A stretch of DNA of 63,442 bases, the filler included, from Rhabdomonas costata (taxonomy: Eukaryota): assembly GCA_019059605.1 (NCBI GenBank). It is 36 parts of 36 records of this genome, joined end to end, with 100 filler letters (N's around TTAATTAATTAA, not from the genome) between each part and the next. Parts side by side here need not be neighbours in the genome. Positions count along the whole stretch, not along the records: positions 26,487 to 28,151 come from JAHMHO010011033.1; positions 28,252 to 29,916 come from JAHMHO010011034.1; positions 30,017 to 31,682 come from JAHMHO010011035.1; positions 31,783 to 33,447 come from JAHMHO010011036.1; positions 33,548 to 35,212 come from JAHMHO010011037.1; positions 35,313 to 36,977 come from JAHMHO010011038.1; positions 37,078 to 38,742 come from JAHMHO010011039.1; 29 more parts are not named here. One strand, 5' to 3'. The notes beneath the pieces were generated by a model. That model did no database searches. It worked only from the letters and a program-made list of their open reading frames with translations, and was not told the origin of the DNA. The position numbers and the translations under genes are program-made. This document shows positions 26,495 to 38,551 of the stretch, in pieces (the first letter of the stretch is position 1; each line of letters starts with the position of its first letter).

Positions 26495-27665
26495 GTGCCC
26501 ACCCACCCCGACGCGGGGCGGTGCTGGCAGATCTGCGAGAAGTACAAGGTGAACATCTTCTACACCGCGCCCACGGCGATCCGCGCGCTGATGAAGTTCG
26601 GGGACGACCCCGTGAAGAAGTACGATCTGAGCTCCCTGCGGGTGCTGGGCTCGGTGGGGGAGCCGATCAACGTGGAGGCCTGGAAGTGGTACCACGAGGT
26701 GGTGGGCCACAAGCGCTGCGCGATTGTGGACACCTGGTGGCAGACCGAGACAGGTCTCCTTTTGCTGGTCCAGGAGAAGGGCCTCCCCTCAAAATGCTTT
26801 GGCTCCACAAATGAAGGTACTGTTCTATCGAAATTCTGTTTTCAGGGGGGATCTTGATCACCCCGCTGCCTGGGTCCACGCCCACCAAGCCCAGCTCGGC
26901 CACGCTGCCGTTCTTCGGGGTGGAGCCCGAGATCGTGGATGAGAAGGGCGAGCCCATGAAGGGGGAGTGCAACGGAGGCCTTTGTATTAAGAAGCCGCAC
27001 CCCGGGATCTGCCGCACGGTGTTCGGCGACCACAAGCGGTACGAGGAGACGTACTTCCAGGTCGCTCTTCTTGCCCATTTCGAGCGGCGTGGACCTCTCT
27101 CGTTCTGCTTCCTCTTTTCCAGATGTATCCTCCTTTCCAACGTCGCCCCCCCCTCCCAGCCAGCTTTTGCTTCCGTTTTGTTTTCCAGATGTACCCTGGG
27201 TACTACTTCACTGGGGATGGGTGCCGGCGCGATGAGGACGGGTACTACTGGATCACTGGCCGTGTGGACGACGTCCTGAACGTCAGTGGGCACCGGCTGG
27301 GCACGGCGGAGATCGAGAACGCGATCAACACGCACCCCGACGTCATCGAGAGCGCCGTGGTGGGTTACCCCCACGACATCAAGGGGGTGGGGATCTACGC
27401 CTACATCACCCTGAAGGAGGGCAAGGAGCTCACCGAGGACACCAAGAAGAGCATCGCGGCGATCGTCCGGAAGATCATCGGCCCCATCGCCACCCCGGAC
27501 ATCATGCACTTCGCCCCGGGGCTGCCGAAGACCCGCTCCGGGAAGATCATGCGGCGCATCCTGCGCAAGATCGCCACCAACGAGACGGACCAGCTGGGCG
27601 ACATCACCACCCTGGCGGACCCCTCGGTGGTGGAGAAGCTGATCGCCAACAAGCCCAGGGTGTAA
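26495..27665 (+). CDS. acs: Acetyl-CoA synthetase (AMP-forming), C-terminal half; exons to 26753, 26846-27060, 27189-27665
   Basis: [57 protein letters not shown] and [11 protein letters not shown] motifs. GT-AG introns at 26754-26845 and 27061-27188. TAA stop. Confidence 0.97.
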
Positions 27666-28440
27666 TTGTTCTAAGCCATGGTAGAGGGGTTATTTTTGTC
27701 GGTTTTTTCGACACGTCTGAGAAGGCGCTGCTGTCCAGCGCTGTCATTTTCAAGCAACCTCAGTGTCATGCCCGTTTCCTGTGGGCTCTCAGGGCCACGC
27801 AATGTTCTGCGCGACTGCTTGGTTTTCTCCTTGGTTGGGGAAAGGTTACCTCAGTCTCTGAGGTTTGTATACTTTGTGGTGGCGCCTGGATGGCGTTCAC
27901 CTTGAACCGAATCGGTCTTCGAGTGACTGTTCTGGCTACTTTTCTGCAGTTGTGGAGGAAAGTTCAATCACCAAGACCAAGGAAGGGTCCACGAGTTTTC
28001 GGTGAATTCCCTCCAGTACTTCCGCCGATTTGGTGACGATTTCGTACCTTGGTTTTCAGGAAGTGTGTGTGGGATTAGCTGCGGAGACTGCCGCTTCCAG
28101 ACAACTTTTGCATTCAGAAACCCCCCTGTCTGTTGCTCGTCATCTCCAAAANNNNNNNNNNNNNNNNNNNNNNNNNNNNNNNNNNNNNNNNNNNNTTAAT
28201 TAATTAANNNNNNNNNNNNNNNNNNNNNNNNNNNNNNNNNNNNNNNNNNNNGGGGGGGGTTTGTTTCTGTCAACGTGGTGAACCGGCAGGAGATCCACGT
28301 GTTTGATATTATCTTTGCATCATCCTCGACATGTTTCCTGCTCGCTCCGTAAATATTGGCTCGCAGCCGGTCGTGTCAGCTGGCGCCGGAACGGTTTCTT
28401 ATCTTACATGCGCTGCCTGCCTGGGTAATGTTTTGGTGTG

Positions 28441-28700
28441 ATGCAGCATGACCGTCCCCTCTGGAGTGCGACGACTCTGTCCTCTTGGGAAGATGATTGT
28501 GGGCATCGGCTGCTTCGCATGTTGCTTTCCCTTCGGTTTCTGGGAGCCCTGTTTTGTTTTGTGGTGATCGCCGTCGCGGGCATTGTGGCTCTCTTGCCGG
28601 CGTATTTCACGGAAAAGGAGGTGGTGGGCTCTGTCAAGCAGAACGCGCAGCTTCAGCTTCTTGACAGCGTGCATGATCGACTTCAGTGGCTGTTTTGCAG
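28441..28700 (+). CDS. Membrane sensor protein N-terminus, paralogue of 15078-15723
   Basis: LLSLRFLGALFCFVVIAVAGIVALLPAYF TM plus VVGSVKQNAQLQLLDSVHDRLQWLF aligns without gaps to the protein at 15078-15723. Ends at AG|GT. Confidence 0.55.
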
Positions 28701-30104
28701 GTCTGTTTTTGATCTTGGCGCCTGGCGAGGTTTGTGAATAATGGCGTTGTGTTGTTTGCGCGATCGTCACCAGAGATGGCCATGATGGCCGTCTCCAGGT
28801 TGTCAGGCCCTGGGGACTACCCCTGGTCGCGGGCCCTCACCGTGATCCAAAGTCGGATGATAGAGTGAGTGGATAACCCTTGATTGGGATATTGATTGAG
28901 ACATTGGCCCACCCCGCACGCCGCTAGTTAGGTTGGCGGAGTATACCCCCCCACCCAGGGGTATGCGATGTTATGTCTCTTTGGGTTGAGCGGTTGTGAA
29001 CCGCCTTGAGTAGCGTATGCTTATGTCATGCGCCTGAACTGAACATGCCCAGGTTGTACATACTCTGCGTGGCTGCTGGGCACTAACCTTCGATGGCAGT
29101 AATTGACAGTGGCAAGGATTAGTACGGCTTCTTCCCTTCTTCAGCAAGTTACGAGCGGCCAAAGTCCCTATTGGACTCCACTGGACAGGACAGGTCACAG
29201 CTCTAGTGGGGGAACGGGATATTGGCCCCCCAGCCTCCGACTATATTGAGCTCCGTGCCCCGGTGTTGGGGTCACTTCAGAGCGCTGGCTAAGCTGATTT
29301 CAACCTAAGGACTAACCATTGGCTGCGCTATGGGCGGACGAATAGGAGAGGATTAGTTTAGGGACGAAGACCAGGGAATCGGCGGGCCGCGAAGACCGAA
29401 GAGGCTGGGTCGGGAACGTTTCCTGGGGTCTTTATCGACTTTTTTTTTATTATCGAAATGTTCTTTAGGAAAAGTTGTTATCCTTGGTAACGGTTACGAG
29501 TGGTAACCCCCTCCCCAACCCTATGAGCACCCTTGTTTCAAGATGGGGTGGTGGCTATACATGACGGGGACTCAATGCCATGTACTCGGAATTCCAACCC
29601 CCAAAATACAAAATCCCATTGCAAAGGTTGAATTTTACCGGGGCCCATTATTGGCATTCAAAGAAGGTGAAGTGAGCCATTCCCGTCGCTTGTGCAATTT
29701 TTAGTGTTTGCCTCTCCTCTCCCCCCGCCCGGTCCCCTCCTGCTTGCAAGATTTTTCCCTTCTGATTCCCGGATTGCTGGCTGGATGATATGATACGTCA
29801 GTTGCCTTTTTTGTACTTGGGCTCGTTTCTGATATATGAAAACGACAAGGATCCACGCCAGAACCTCGAGGGTTCACTTTTTTTTTGCGGGTGACCAGCA
29901 AGGGCCCCCAACCACCNNNNNNNNNNNNNNNNNNNNNNNNNNNNNNNNNNNNNNNNNNNNTTAATTAATTAANNNNNNNNNNNNNNNNNNNNNNNNNNNN
30001 NNNNNNNNNNNNNNNNTGAGCTCGTGGGTCCCGGGCACACACCTTAGCACCTAGCTCTCGTGGCCCGCAGATGGGACCCTGGGCCGCAAGGCCCTAAAGA
30101 CCGA

Positions 30105-30164
30105 GCCCTTGCGATTACCCCGGATGGGAAGCACATTGTCAGTGGCAGTGACGACCACACCATC
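30105..30164 (+). other. Isolated WD40-repeat coding fragment (exon with unclear junctions, or pseudogene relic)
   Basis: ALAITPDGKHIVSGSDDHTI is a textbook WD40 segment. It lacks the expected following R/K-V-W and clean AG/GT borders. Confidence 0.65.
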
Positions 30165-33100
30165 GAGCATGTCGTCGAGCATGGGTTCCGGAGATGAATG
30201 TTTTCTTCAGGTTTGTCTCGCTGCTGGGTTCGGGGCCCACTACCTTGAGTCGTTTGGCTCTGGGTTGCGTTTCTTCAGCTCGCTAGCTGTTATCATCGGG
30301 TACCATGCCAATGACGTTCGGCATGTGCTTCTCTCCGACGTCACCGACGCCTCTTCGGTTCTCCGCAGAGCGAAATTGTCCTCCTCCACTGCGGGAAACG
30401 ACGACCTGGACTAAGAATCTTTTTTCCTGCACTTTGCTCCCTCGTGGGTCCTATTGCATCATCTTCACATTCTCCCTCCTTTCCTCTACTCACAACTACA
30501 TATAGTTCTTTCAAAAACTTCTCCGAGAGCTGAGGAACACTTTCCACGGCACAGGGACACGATCAAAGTTCTAGGACAACACAAAAAAACGGGGCGGGTG
30601 GGAGGGATGAGAATGTATCGAAAAGAAAAAAACGCAGCTGCGAGAAAACAGCACCTTTCCCACCTCTTTGTATCCGTCATATGTGCTCGTTTCCCTCTAC
30701 ATGGGTACCCTCTTTTTGTGTTTACGCTGTTTGTTTCGTCCCGCTCATTCGAACGACAGGTTGTGGACTCTCGTGTTTTATCCGTTGCCAGAAAGGCGCT
30801 GGTGGTGTTTGAAAATCTCAGAAGTCGACTCTCGCGTATTGTGTATCACTGGTTTTGATGTGGTTGCTCAAGCACAGTTTTTTCTAGTGGCGCTGTTGTG
30901 GGAGTCCTTCCCGAGAGAAAAGAAAAAGAACTTCATTCTGGCACACCGTCTGCCTGGCTGCACGCCAGTGTGCCTGCAAGGATTTTCTTTTTGTTTTGTC
31001 TATCGTGCCCCCTCACTTGCTGTGTGTTTGGCGCTGGTTTGTTGCGGCATCCGATCTTCTTCCGTAGGCTGTGAAGAGAACAGCGGAGAAATGCTCTCTT
31101 CTCTCTGACTCTTTTTTTTTTGGTTGGGCATTCCCCACAGTCGGGCTTAATTACCCTCCACATACCCCTCCACATATGGTAGAGTCCCCGAGCCGCAGCT
31201 CTCCGCCGCGGGGCGCTCCCCACAACTATTGGGCATTCTACCGCTGCCACACGTCGAGGTTTAATGGAAGAACTGCGGGCCACTCGCTCTGCAGCGGCGC
31301 TCCATGCCTGCTCGCTGAACGGGGCAAGAAGGAGCGGTTGCAGCTATTAGGATATCCGGCCCTGTCACCACATCTCAAACCCATTGAAAACTTAAGACTC
31401 GAGTTAAGTCGGCATTAAGGATCACAGGTTGGTTGCAGAGATCAAACCCTCCGCCGAGTTAGAGAAGCTTTCACGCAGTGTCCCTCCAGTCTCAGCTGTG
31501 CTGGCAGCTCGAGCTCGAGGCAAACCATTCAGGCGACTGAAAAAAACGGTCGTGTTGTCGGGGGAAACGTTGAGTTGAGAGGCTGCGAAGGGCAAAAAAA
31601 AAATACTCAGTACGGGGCGAGAAACGACTCGCAGTGCAATAGCGTTTATCGCCTGGGGAACTGTCCACCCCAGGCCCAATCCNNNNNNNNNNNNNNNNNN
31701 NNNNNNNNNNNNNNNNNNNNNNNNNNTTAATTAATTAANNNNNNNNNNNNNNNNNNNNNNNNNNNNNNNNNNNNNNNNNNNNTTCCTGGGTGAGTGCCCT
31801 CCTTATTCAGCGGCTACTGAACTTGGCTACTGAACTTGCACGTTGTGCCGGGTTGAAGCGCTTCACCTGTCGGCACCACGGGACCGCGGCGTTTTCTGCA
31901 ACTGCTTTGTGCTCAACCTCAGCAACGAGTGACAGTTATAGTGGTGTCTGATGTAGCATCCTTTGGGACTTTTCGAACGTGTGCACTGTTTATCTGAAGG
32001 CGAAGGTGGTGACATCGGTTACCTGACCTCTTCTTGGTCACTGTTCTGTATCCACTGGTAACGGTTCTCTCCCCCCCTCCCGCAACGTAGATTGGCACGC
32101 TGAGATTAGACTCTCCTGATCACGTGTTGAGTGTGGGATGGCAGATGTGCATTTTAGCGATTCCTTTTATGAGAGAGAGGGGGGGGGGCGGACCGCCGAT
32201 CCCGACCTAAGCCTGCTTTCCGCTTTCCGCTTTCCGTTTTCCCTTTTTCCACAGGTAAGGTGGAAATGTGGGAGCCATTTTTTTGCTCTTTCTCGAGTAG
32301 CCTGAAGGGAAACGGCGACCGCACATTTCCCCACTGGTCCCATCCCTCCAAACCCGAGCACTCCTTTTTTTTTCTCGTTCTTTGTGCTCTTGTTTTCATG
32401 ACAGATTGACTCTTTCTTTTGCTTTTCTTTACTCCTTCCACTGAGCTGCTTGCGGTTTACTTCAGGCGTCTCTCTTGTTGGTAGTGTTCCCGTCCTCACT
32501 GGGATGAAGACTGGGTTAATGAACCCAGTCTTCTGCACCACACTGCGAGCAACTGCACATTTACGAACGACCCCCCCCTGTCCTCTTTTTTTTTTTTCCG
32601 GTTTTTGATAGTGTCCGAAAGAATGGGTTGAGGCGTCGACTGGGACAGTGTACTCCTCCTCACTTTTTCCATTTTGTGACTCGAGCAAACGTGGAAAACC
32701 CGCATTGATGCTTTTCGGAATGTTTCGCAGCCGTTGAGAGTTGTTGAATGACGGTCCGATGATGTTCACACCTACAGATAAAGTTGAAGCGGTTACCGAA
32801 TGAGTCAGTCAGACGCCGATATTTCTGATTAGAAAGGGGGCTCGTTGCATCCCCATGCTCAGTATGATAGACTTGAGTGATTCCGATTTCTCTCTTTCGC
32901 TCTCCCGCTCTCTCGATGCACTCTATCATCTTTCCACGATTTTTTCCACTCCATTCTCCTGGCCCATTCACTTCTCTATCGTGCACCCCCCCCCCCCTGC
33001 GGGGCGGGGGGTGTTTCTGCTCCCGCTTCCAAGCGAGGGTCCGGATTTACATGCTTCCCAGTGCCCCAGCAGATGAGCTCTACTCTTGCACTCGCCCTTC

Positions 33101-33825
33101 ACGTCTCCTCCTTTGCTGGGGGATGTTGCTTTCTATCCGCGGTGCCGTTGGTGGCTCTGGATTTCCAAGCGGGAGGAGGTCGTTTGGCAGCACTTGCCTA
33201 GTTGTAGTTGTGAGCTATCGGGCTTGGTCTGGCTCCCTCAACGCAAAAGGAAATTTTGGACTATGTTCCTCCTCCAATTCTTGAGAGTTTGCTGGGGGGG
33301 ATCCTCCTCCAAATCCTCGGCTAATATTCTATTTGTACCTCAGGGGAACGCAATCTTTCTTGGTTTTACTGCAGCAGTTAACGATTGTTTTGCTTCTACT
33401 CCCTCACATTCTATTTATTCTCATTATGCAACATTTTCCAACAAACANNNNNNNNNNNNNNNNNNNNNNNNNNNNNNNNNNNNNNNNNNNNTTAATTAAT
33501 TAANNNNNNNNNNNNNNNNNNNNNNNNNNNNNNNNNNNNNNNNNNNNTTTGTGGGGGTGGTTGTTACTGCAACGAAAGATGGCGTACCGGACGCAAAACC
33601 GGTGTAACTTGGTTTTGCTCAAAGACTTTACAGGGGGTTGAGGAATCCGTTGGCCTGCCTTATGTCTGAAACGGAATCAGTGCTATTTCCTTATCGGAAC
33701 ATCACCATGCCTTCTAGAGGAGCACACCGCTTGCTGAGGACCTGCGTGTTGGCGCGGTCAAAGTTTGGTTACAGCGGGCGCTCATGCTCAAACCTGCAAT
33801 TGCACATCTGATTACTCTTTGTGGC

Positions 33826-34936
33826 TCATAAAGTGGGCGATTGGTGGTGGGTGCTCTGTCGTCCAGGCCTTTTGGAACGACGGCGGAGGGCATACTGTTC
33901 TGCGGAGGATGCCTTTAGTGACTGGGCCTCGGAGAGCTGTCTCAGAGCAGTCCTGAGGCTCTGCCCTGACCGTGGGTGCGTCACTTCGTCCAGGTCGACC
34001 CCGTGCACCCTCCAGTACGGGACCTGAAGGACAACAGCGTCACCTAAGCTCTCTAAGGGGTGTTAAGCCTCAAAAGGAGCACACAAAGTCCCCGTTCCCT
34101 GGAGTGTGTGCCGATACAGGCGACTGATACTGAGTCGCAAACTCTCGAATTACGGAATAGAAAACAAAAACAGTCAAGAGCCCCAAAGGTAATCCCACTT
34201 GGCATTTCGGTAGTTCTGAAAAAGGTTGCAAACCACCAAGGGGTGACGAGTCCGATACCCTGCTGCGTAGCAGGTGCGGGGCAGGTGTACCTCTGACTTC
34301 AGCTTTGTCCCTTCCTTGATTTCTTCCGAGGACACGAATCTTCGGCAGCTCTTCAGGAACTCGATGACAATCTTGTACGCCTGCTCGTACCGCTGCTCGT
34401 CGGTGAGGGTGCGACCCGCAAATGCTGTGGCAGTTCACAGAAAAATGTGCTATGGAGATCGTAAGCATGGATGCATACATCTCAGCAGAAGAACATGTTC
34501 GGTTCATTATGGCAAGCTGTAATCCGCTGAATCTTAGCAAGCCTTTACTTGAAATTCCTGTAGCAGCGTTTTTCTGTGTATGGCGCACGAGAGAGATTTC
34601 CTATGCATGTTTCGCTGCAGTTCAATATCAGAAATGAGACAACTGAAAGTGAGAAGAATCGCTCGCCAAAAATGAACAATGAAAACCAGAACAATGAAAA
34701 AACGCAGGGGTAAGAAGGTGGACCACCCAGAACGACATGCCAGCTCGGTCATTTCGAAGAAGAGCCTCAACCTCAGCAGGTGTGGTGGCGACGGTGTCTG
34801 CAACTACAGGCGATGCTGGAGCAGGAGAGGTCGTACTGGAAGAAGCCGAGGAGGATTCCTGGGGATCGACTTTGGTAAGCTTGTATGCGGCAATCATATC
34901 TTCGAGAAACTTCCGCTTTTCTCCAACACCCCCCAT
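33826..34936 (-). CDS. Small protein with possible winged-helix domain; exons 34936-34741, 34424-34291, 34023-33826
   Basis: In-phase splicing (first intron GC-AG) gives YKIVIEFLKSCRRFVSSEEIKEG...VDL...LRTAL...QYALR. The product assignment is weak. Confidence 0.5.
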
Positions 34937-36844
34937 TTCGGAATAAACACCTCAGAAGACGTCCGGTGTTTCAGCGCTGTCCAAAAAAGCAGGGCCTCAC
35001 CTCATCGGCGTTAAGACAATGTCAAACGAAACAAAAAAAAACATCTGCGGACCAGCTGCGGAAAGGTGCACCTGACGAGAGGATTCTCAAGAGCACATAG
35101 AGCTTATTGTCAGAGACAATCCATGAGCTGAAATCCATCCATTTGATAAAAGGAAGTAAGGTGTATTAGGCAACCCCGCGCATAGCGATCGCTACTCATT
35201 CGCCCCCCCCCCNNNNNNNNNNNNNNNNNNNNNNNNNNNNNNNNNNNNNNNNNNNNTTAATTAATTAANNNNNNNNNNNNNNNNNNNNNNNNNNNNNNNN
35301 NNNNNNNNNNNNACAGGAGGGACACCATGCCGCAGCAGTTCGCATCTCGCTTACATCAACTTCCACCTGCTCTGCTTCTGTTGCGATCCGCAAACCTACT
35401 TGCACATTCCCTCCTCTTCTCACACATTGCACTTGTTCCGCGTTTCTGGAACCCGATTCTTGACGTACGTTTAGGGTTGTGCGAGTACCAGAAAAGTTTG
35501 GGTGTTTGGTCTTCTCCCGGGTGGGCCGAGAAACGAAAGTTGCCGAAGGAAACTGCAGTTTCTCCTGCATCACCGTGTTTTCTCAACTGCTAGTTCTCAA
35601 CTGCTACCTTTTTGGCCCATCAATTCTTCTCACTCACTCTCTCACTCTCTCCCTACCTGAACTTGCACCTTCCAACTGCCACGGCAACAATGCTGTACAC
35701 AATCCTAATGGGTTGTGCAAGTACCAGAAAAAGGTTGTGTGGTTTTTTAATGAATTTTTATTATAATGTGTTTTTCATTTCAGATTCCATCAGCCCCACC
35801 GTCCCTCACTTTTCCGATTGAACTGTGAGGTGTCTAACCTTGAGATTTGAGGCTTTCTGAGTTTTCCGAAACCCTTGGTTTACAGTGAACGAGATTTTCG
35901 ATTCTCATTTATCCTGAAGAGAACAAAAACTAAACGGAAAAAACAGACTCCAAATTGAAAATCAAGCAAAAAGGGCAGATGTTCTTATATATTATTGGCC
36001 GCTAAGCTAGGAAATGAGAGCTTTCGTAGTCTGTTTTTGGGAACTGGCTGGCAAACACGCGCACCCACGCACATAATACCACAAAAACTCAATCAAGTGT
36101 AGAGAGAATCTGCATCTCAAATGAAGGACAATCGTTTGGTTGGTAAAAAATTCAGATGACGGACTCTTGCAAACGTCCCGACGATTTAACTTGCTATACG
36201 CAATGGAACCAGTAGATATAAAAGAAAAAGGGAATGGAGATAAGTGAAAGGAGGGGTATTTGATGACCTGGAAAGTCAGAGGAATTAGAGGTTAGGTCAA
36301 AATCTGAGAGAGGAGAACGTGGTACGTGCGAAAAGGGAGAACGGAACGATAACAGCGCTTATATCCCACCCCACTACTTTTAACGATGTAACAGAGAGGA
36401 AGGAGCGAGAGATCCGACGGAAGGAAAAGCGTTGGCGTGGGCGGAACACTGTACGTCGAGATGTTCGTTCCTGTTAGGATGTCTTGGGCCCGAGATCCTG
36501 GGAAATAAATAGAAAGAAGCATGCACGATAAAGAAAGCTAACCAGCGTCAACCAGTACTGTATGGAGTACACACCCATGGTCAAAAGACAGTCTCTGGAG
36601 CCTCAAATTTCACGGCACTGCGGCACAGGCACAAGAGTTCGTGAAAAGTGCATCACAAAAAAATGACGAAGATCCGCGGTGTCACCGTTAGGAATTTCAG
36701 GAATCCAGGCAGTTTCTCGGTCACAACGGACACGTCTTTGGAAAAACGTCATTTTCGGCTGATAAACTGCCCTAAAGCCGCCTTTTCACGTGGCAGGACT
36801 GTTTACTCTCAGCCACGTTCCTCCAGGAAAAACTCGCGGTGATA

Positions 36845-36973
36845 GTTGTTGATCTCAATTCCAACCTGAAGCGTTTGGGCGAGCTGGATTGGCTGCACTT
36901 TGTGCCAGTGCGCTCATGTCTTGGTGCTTGCAAGATCGTCCACTTGCTTCAGGTTGGAATTGAGATCAACAAC
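36845..36973. repeat. Perfect 28-bp inverted repeat with 73-nt spacer at contig end
   Basis: gttgttgatctcaattccaacctgaagc (36845-36872) is the exact reverse complement of 36946-36973. Confidence 0.95.
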
Positions 36974-38208
36974 CCACNNNNNNNNNNNNNNNNNNNNNNN
37001 NNNNNNNNNNNNNNNNNNNNNTTAATTAATTAANNNNNNNNNNNNNNNNNNNNNNNNNNNNNNNNNNNNNNNNNNNNGGGTTTGGGTGGCAAAAAAAAAG
37101 GCGCAAATTACACCTCCGGTCTTCACTAGAAAACATAATCAGAAGACTAATATGGCAGCAGTTTCCTTTCTTTCGGGTTATCAATGTCCAGCAAAAGTCG
37201 TATGAAGCTCCTGGCCATGTCTCCAAGCATCAATACAAGAAAACCGTGAATGATCCGTCCTTAAAACGTGTTTTAAAAAAGAAACTGTCCGAGACTGCCT
37301 GTCTTGACTTGCCAAGTCGGACCTGCCAAGTTTTTGCCCCAAAGCAGTTTCCCGCAGTCACCTCAAAGCCTCCTGAATGCGGACCAACTAAATCTTCGCT
37401 CAGGTGTTATCAGTGAGCTTCCTCCCGGCTCCATGTTACGTGCACCGACCAGAAATACGCAGTAAGGTTAACGTTAGCATTGCAATTCACTATATTGTGG
37501 GAAGATGTCGAAACTGGTCTTTCCAGAGTTGTCTCTGCTGCTGGTTGTGCCATTGTCTTAGAAGTGTGTGGGCCTCAGGTCTGGCAGATGTCCCCCTGGG
37601 CGAAAGAGGTGCAGCCCCGGCACACGACCTCGCGGCCCCAGTACAGCACCCCTGACAAAGTCAGCCCTACCACCACAGAACCATGTGGGGCAACAGCGAA
37701 GCGCGGGCATGTCTCCGAAAGGGCGCCCACCAAAGTCCACGGGGTGGCCTTCGAGGCAACACTCTCATTGCACCCAACCACTGTGTGCGAAAACCACAAA
37801 AACTATCTTCGGGAGAGGGCAGGAAACAGTTTGAGATGATCACTCAACAGTCAGTTCTATCGTGGAATTGGAATTGGCGCCAGGTGTTAACGAATCTGTG
37901 TACAAGCGTTTGATGCCACTTTTCACATTCGCAAGAGACAAGAGTGGGGAAGTAGGAGAGACCCAAGATGACGGTACAGTGGACAGCAACTTTCATGTGA
38001 ACAGGTTGGTATACGTGGATCACGTTATGGTGAACGTTGGGCCGGATGCCTTGGCCAATTCGAGAGGGAATTATACAGATAGGCTCGTCAACGATAAAAG
38101 TGCCATGGACAGCTTTAACTTCTGATGATTCCGAATGTGCACGCGAAAGAAGAACCCTAATCCCCTATTTCTCCTCCATATTGCGATGTGGTTGACGTAT
38201 AAAAGCAA

Positions 38209-38551
38209 TCACGGTGCATCTAAAGGCAGGTGCAACAGCTTCTTCAGGCTGACATTGAAGAAAATGCGGTTCAACCCGACGGCGGCAAAAATGGGGCGGA
38301 GCAAACCTTCGCAAACATCACCCGTGTACACTGCCCCGCCAAGAAGCTGGCAAGCCAGCAGGCGCTCCGAAATCCTGACCATCCCAACAACGGGACGATC
38401 CCCGGGTGTCGGCAGTTCTGCGAGGACTTCGAACTGGGCACTTTTTTCCGGCTGCGGTGCCTTGTACCTTACCAAATGGACTGTGGCGTCCGAAGCCGCG
38501 GCGTAGGCCACCAGACCAACCTCGGGAAAGGCGACCAGAAGTCGGGCATCG
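38209..38551 (-). CDS. Hypothetical protein terminal exon (beta-rich)
   Basis: About 113 open codons after a TTACAG acceptor, ending in TGA. No family recognised. Confidence 0.4.

Noticed and set aside
26667-27509. 280-aa minus-strand ORF, and the 273-aa ORF at 51243-52064
   Set aside because: These are shadow or alternative frames of GC3-rich real exons (ACS, cyclase) with no motifs. Most short ORFs in the track, and the parts that run into Ns, are likewise spurious.
28921-28964. Two adjacent small hairpins (ccgctag/ttggcgg, atacccc/ggggtat) in a non-coding stretch
   Set aside because: The stems are short, and no RNA family or element boundary is recognisable.
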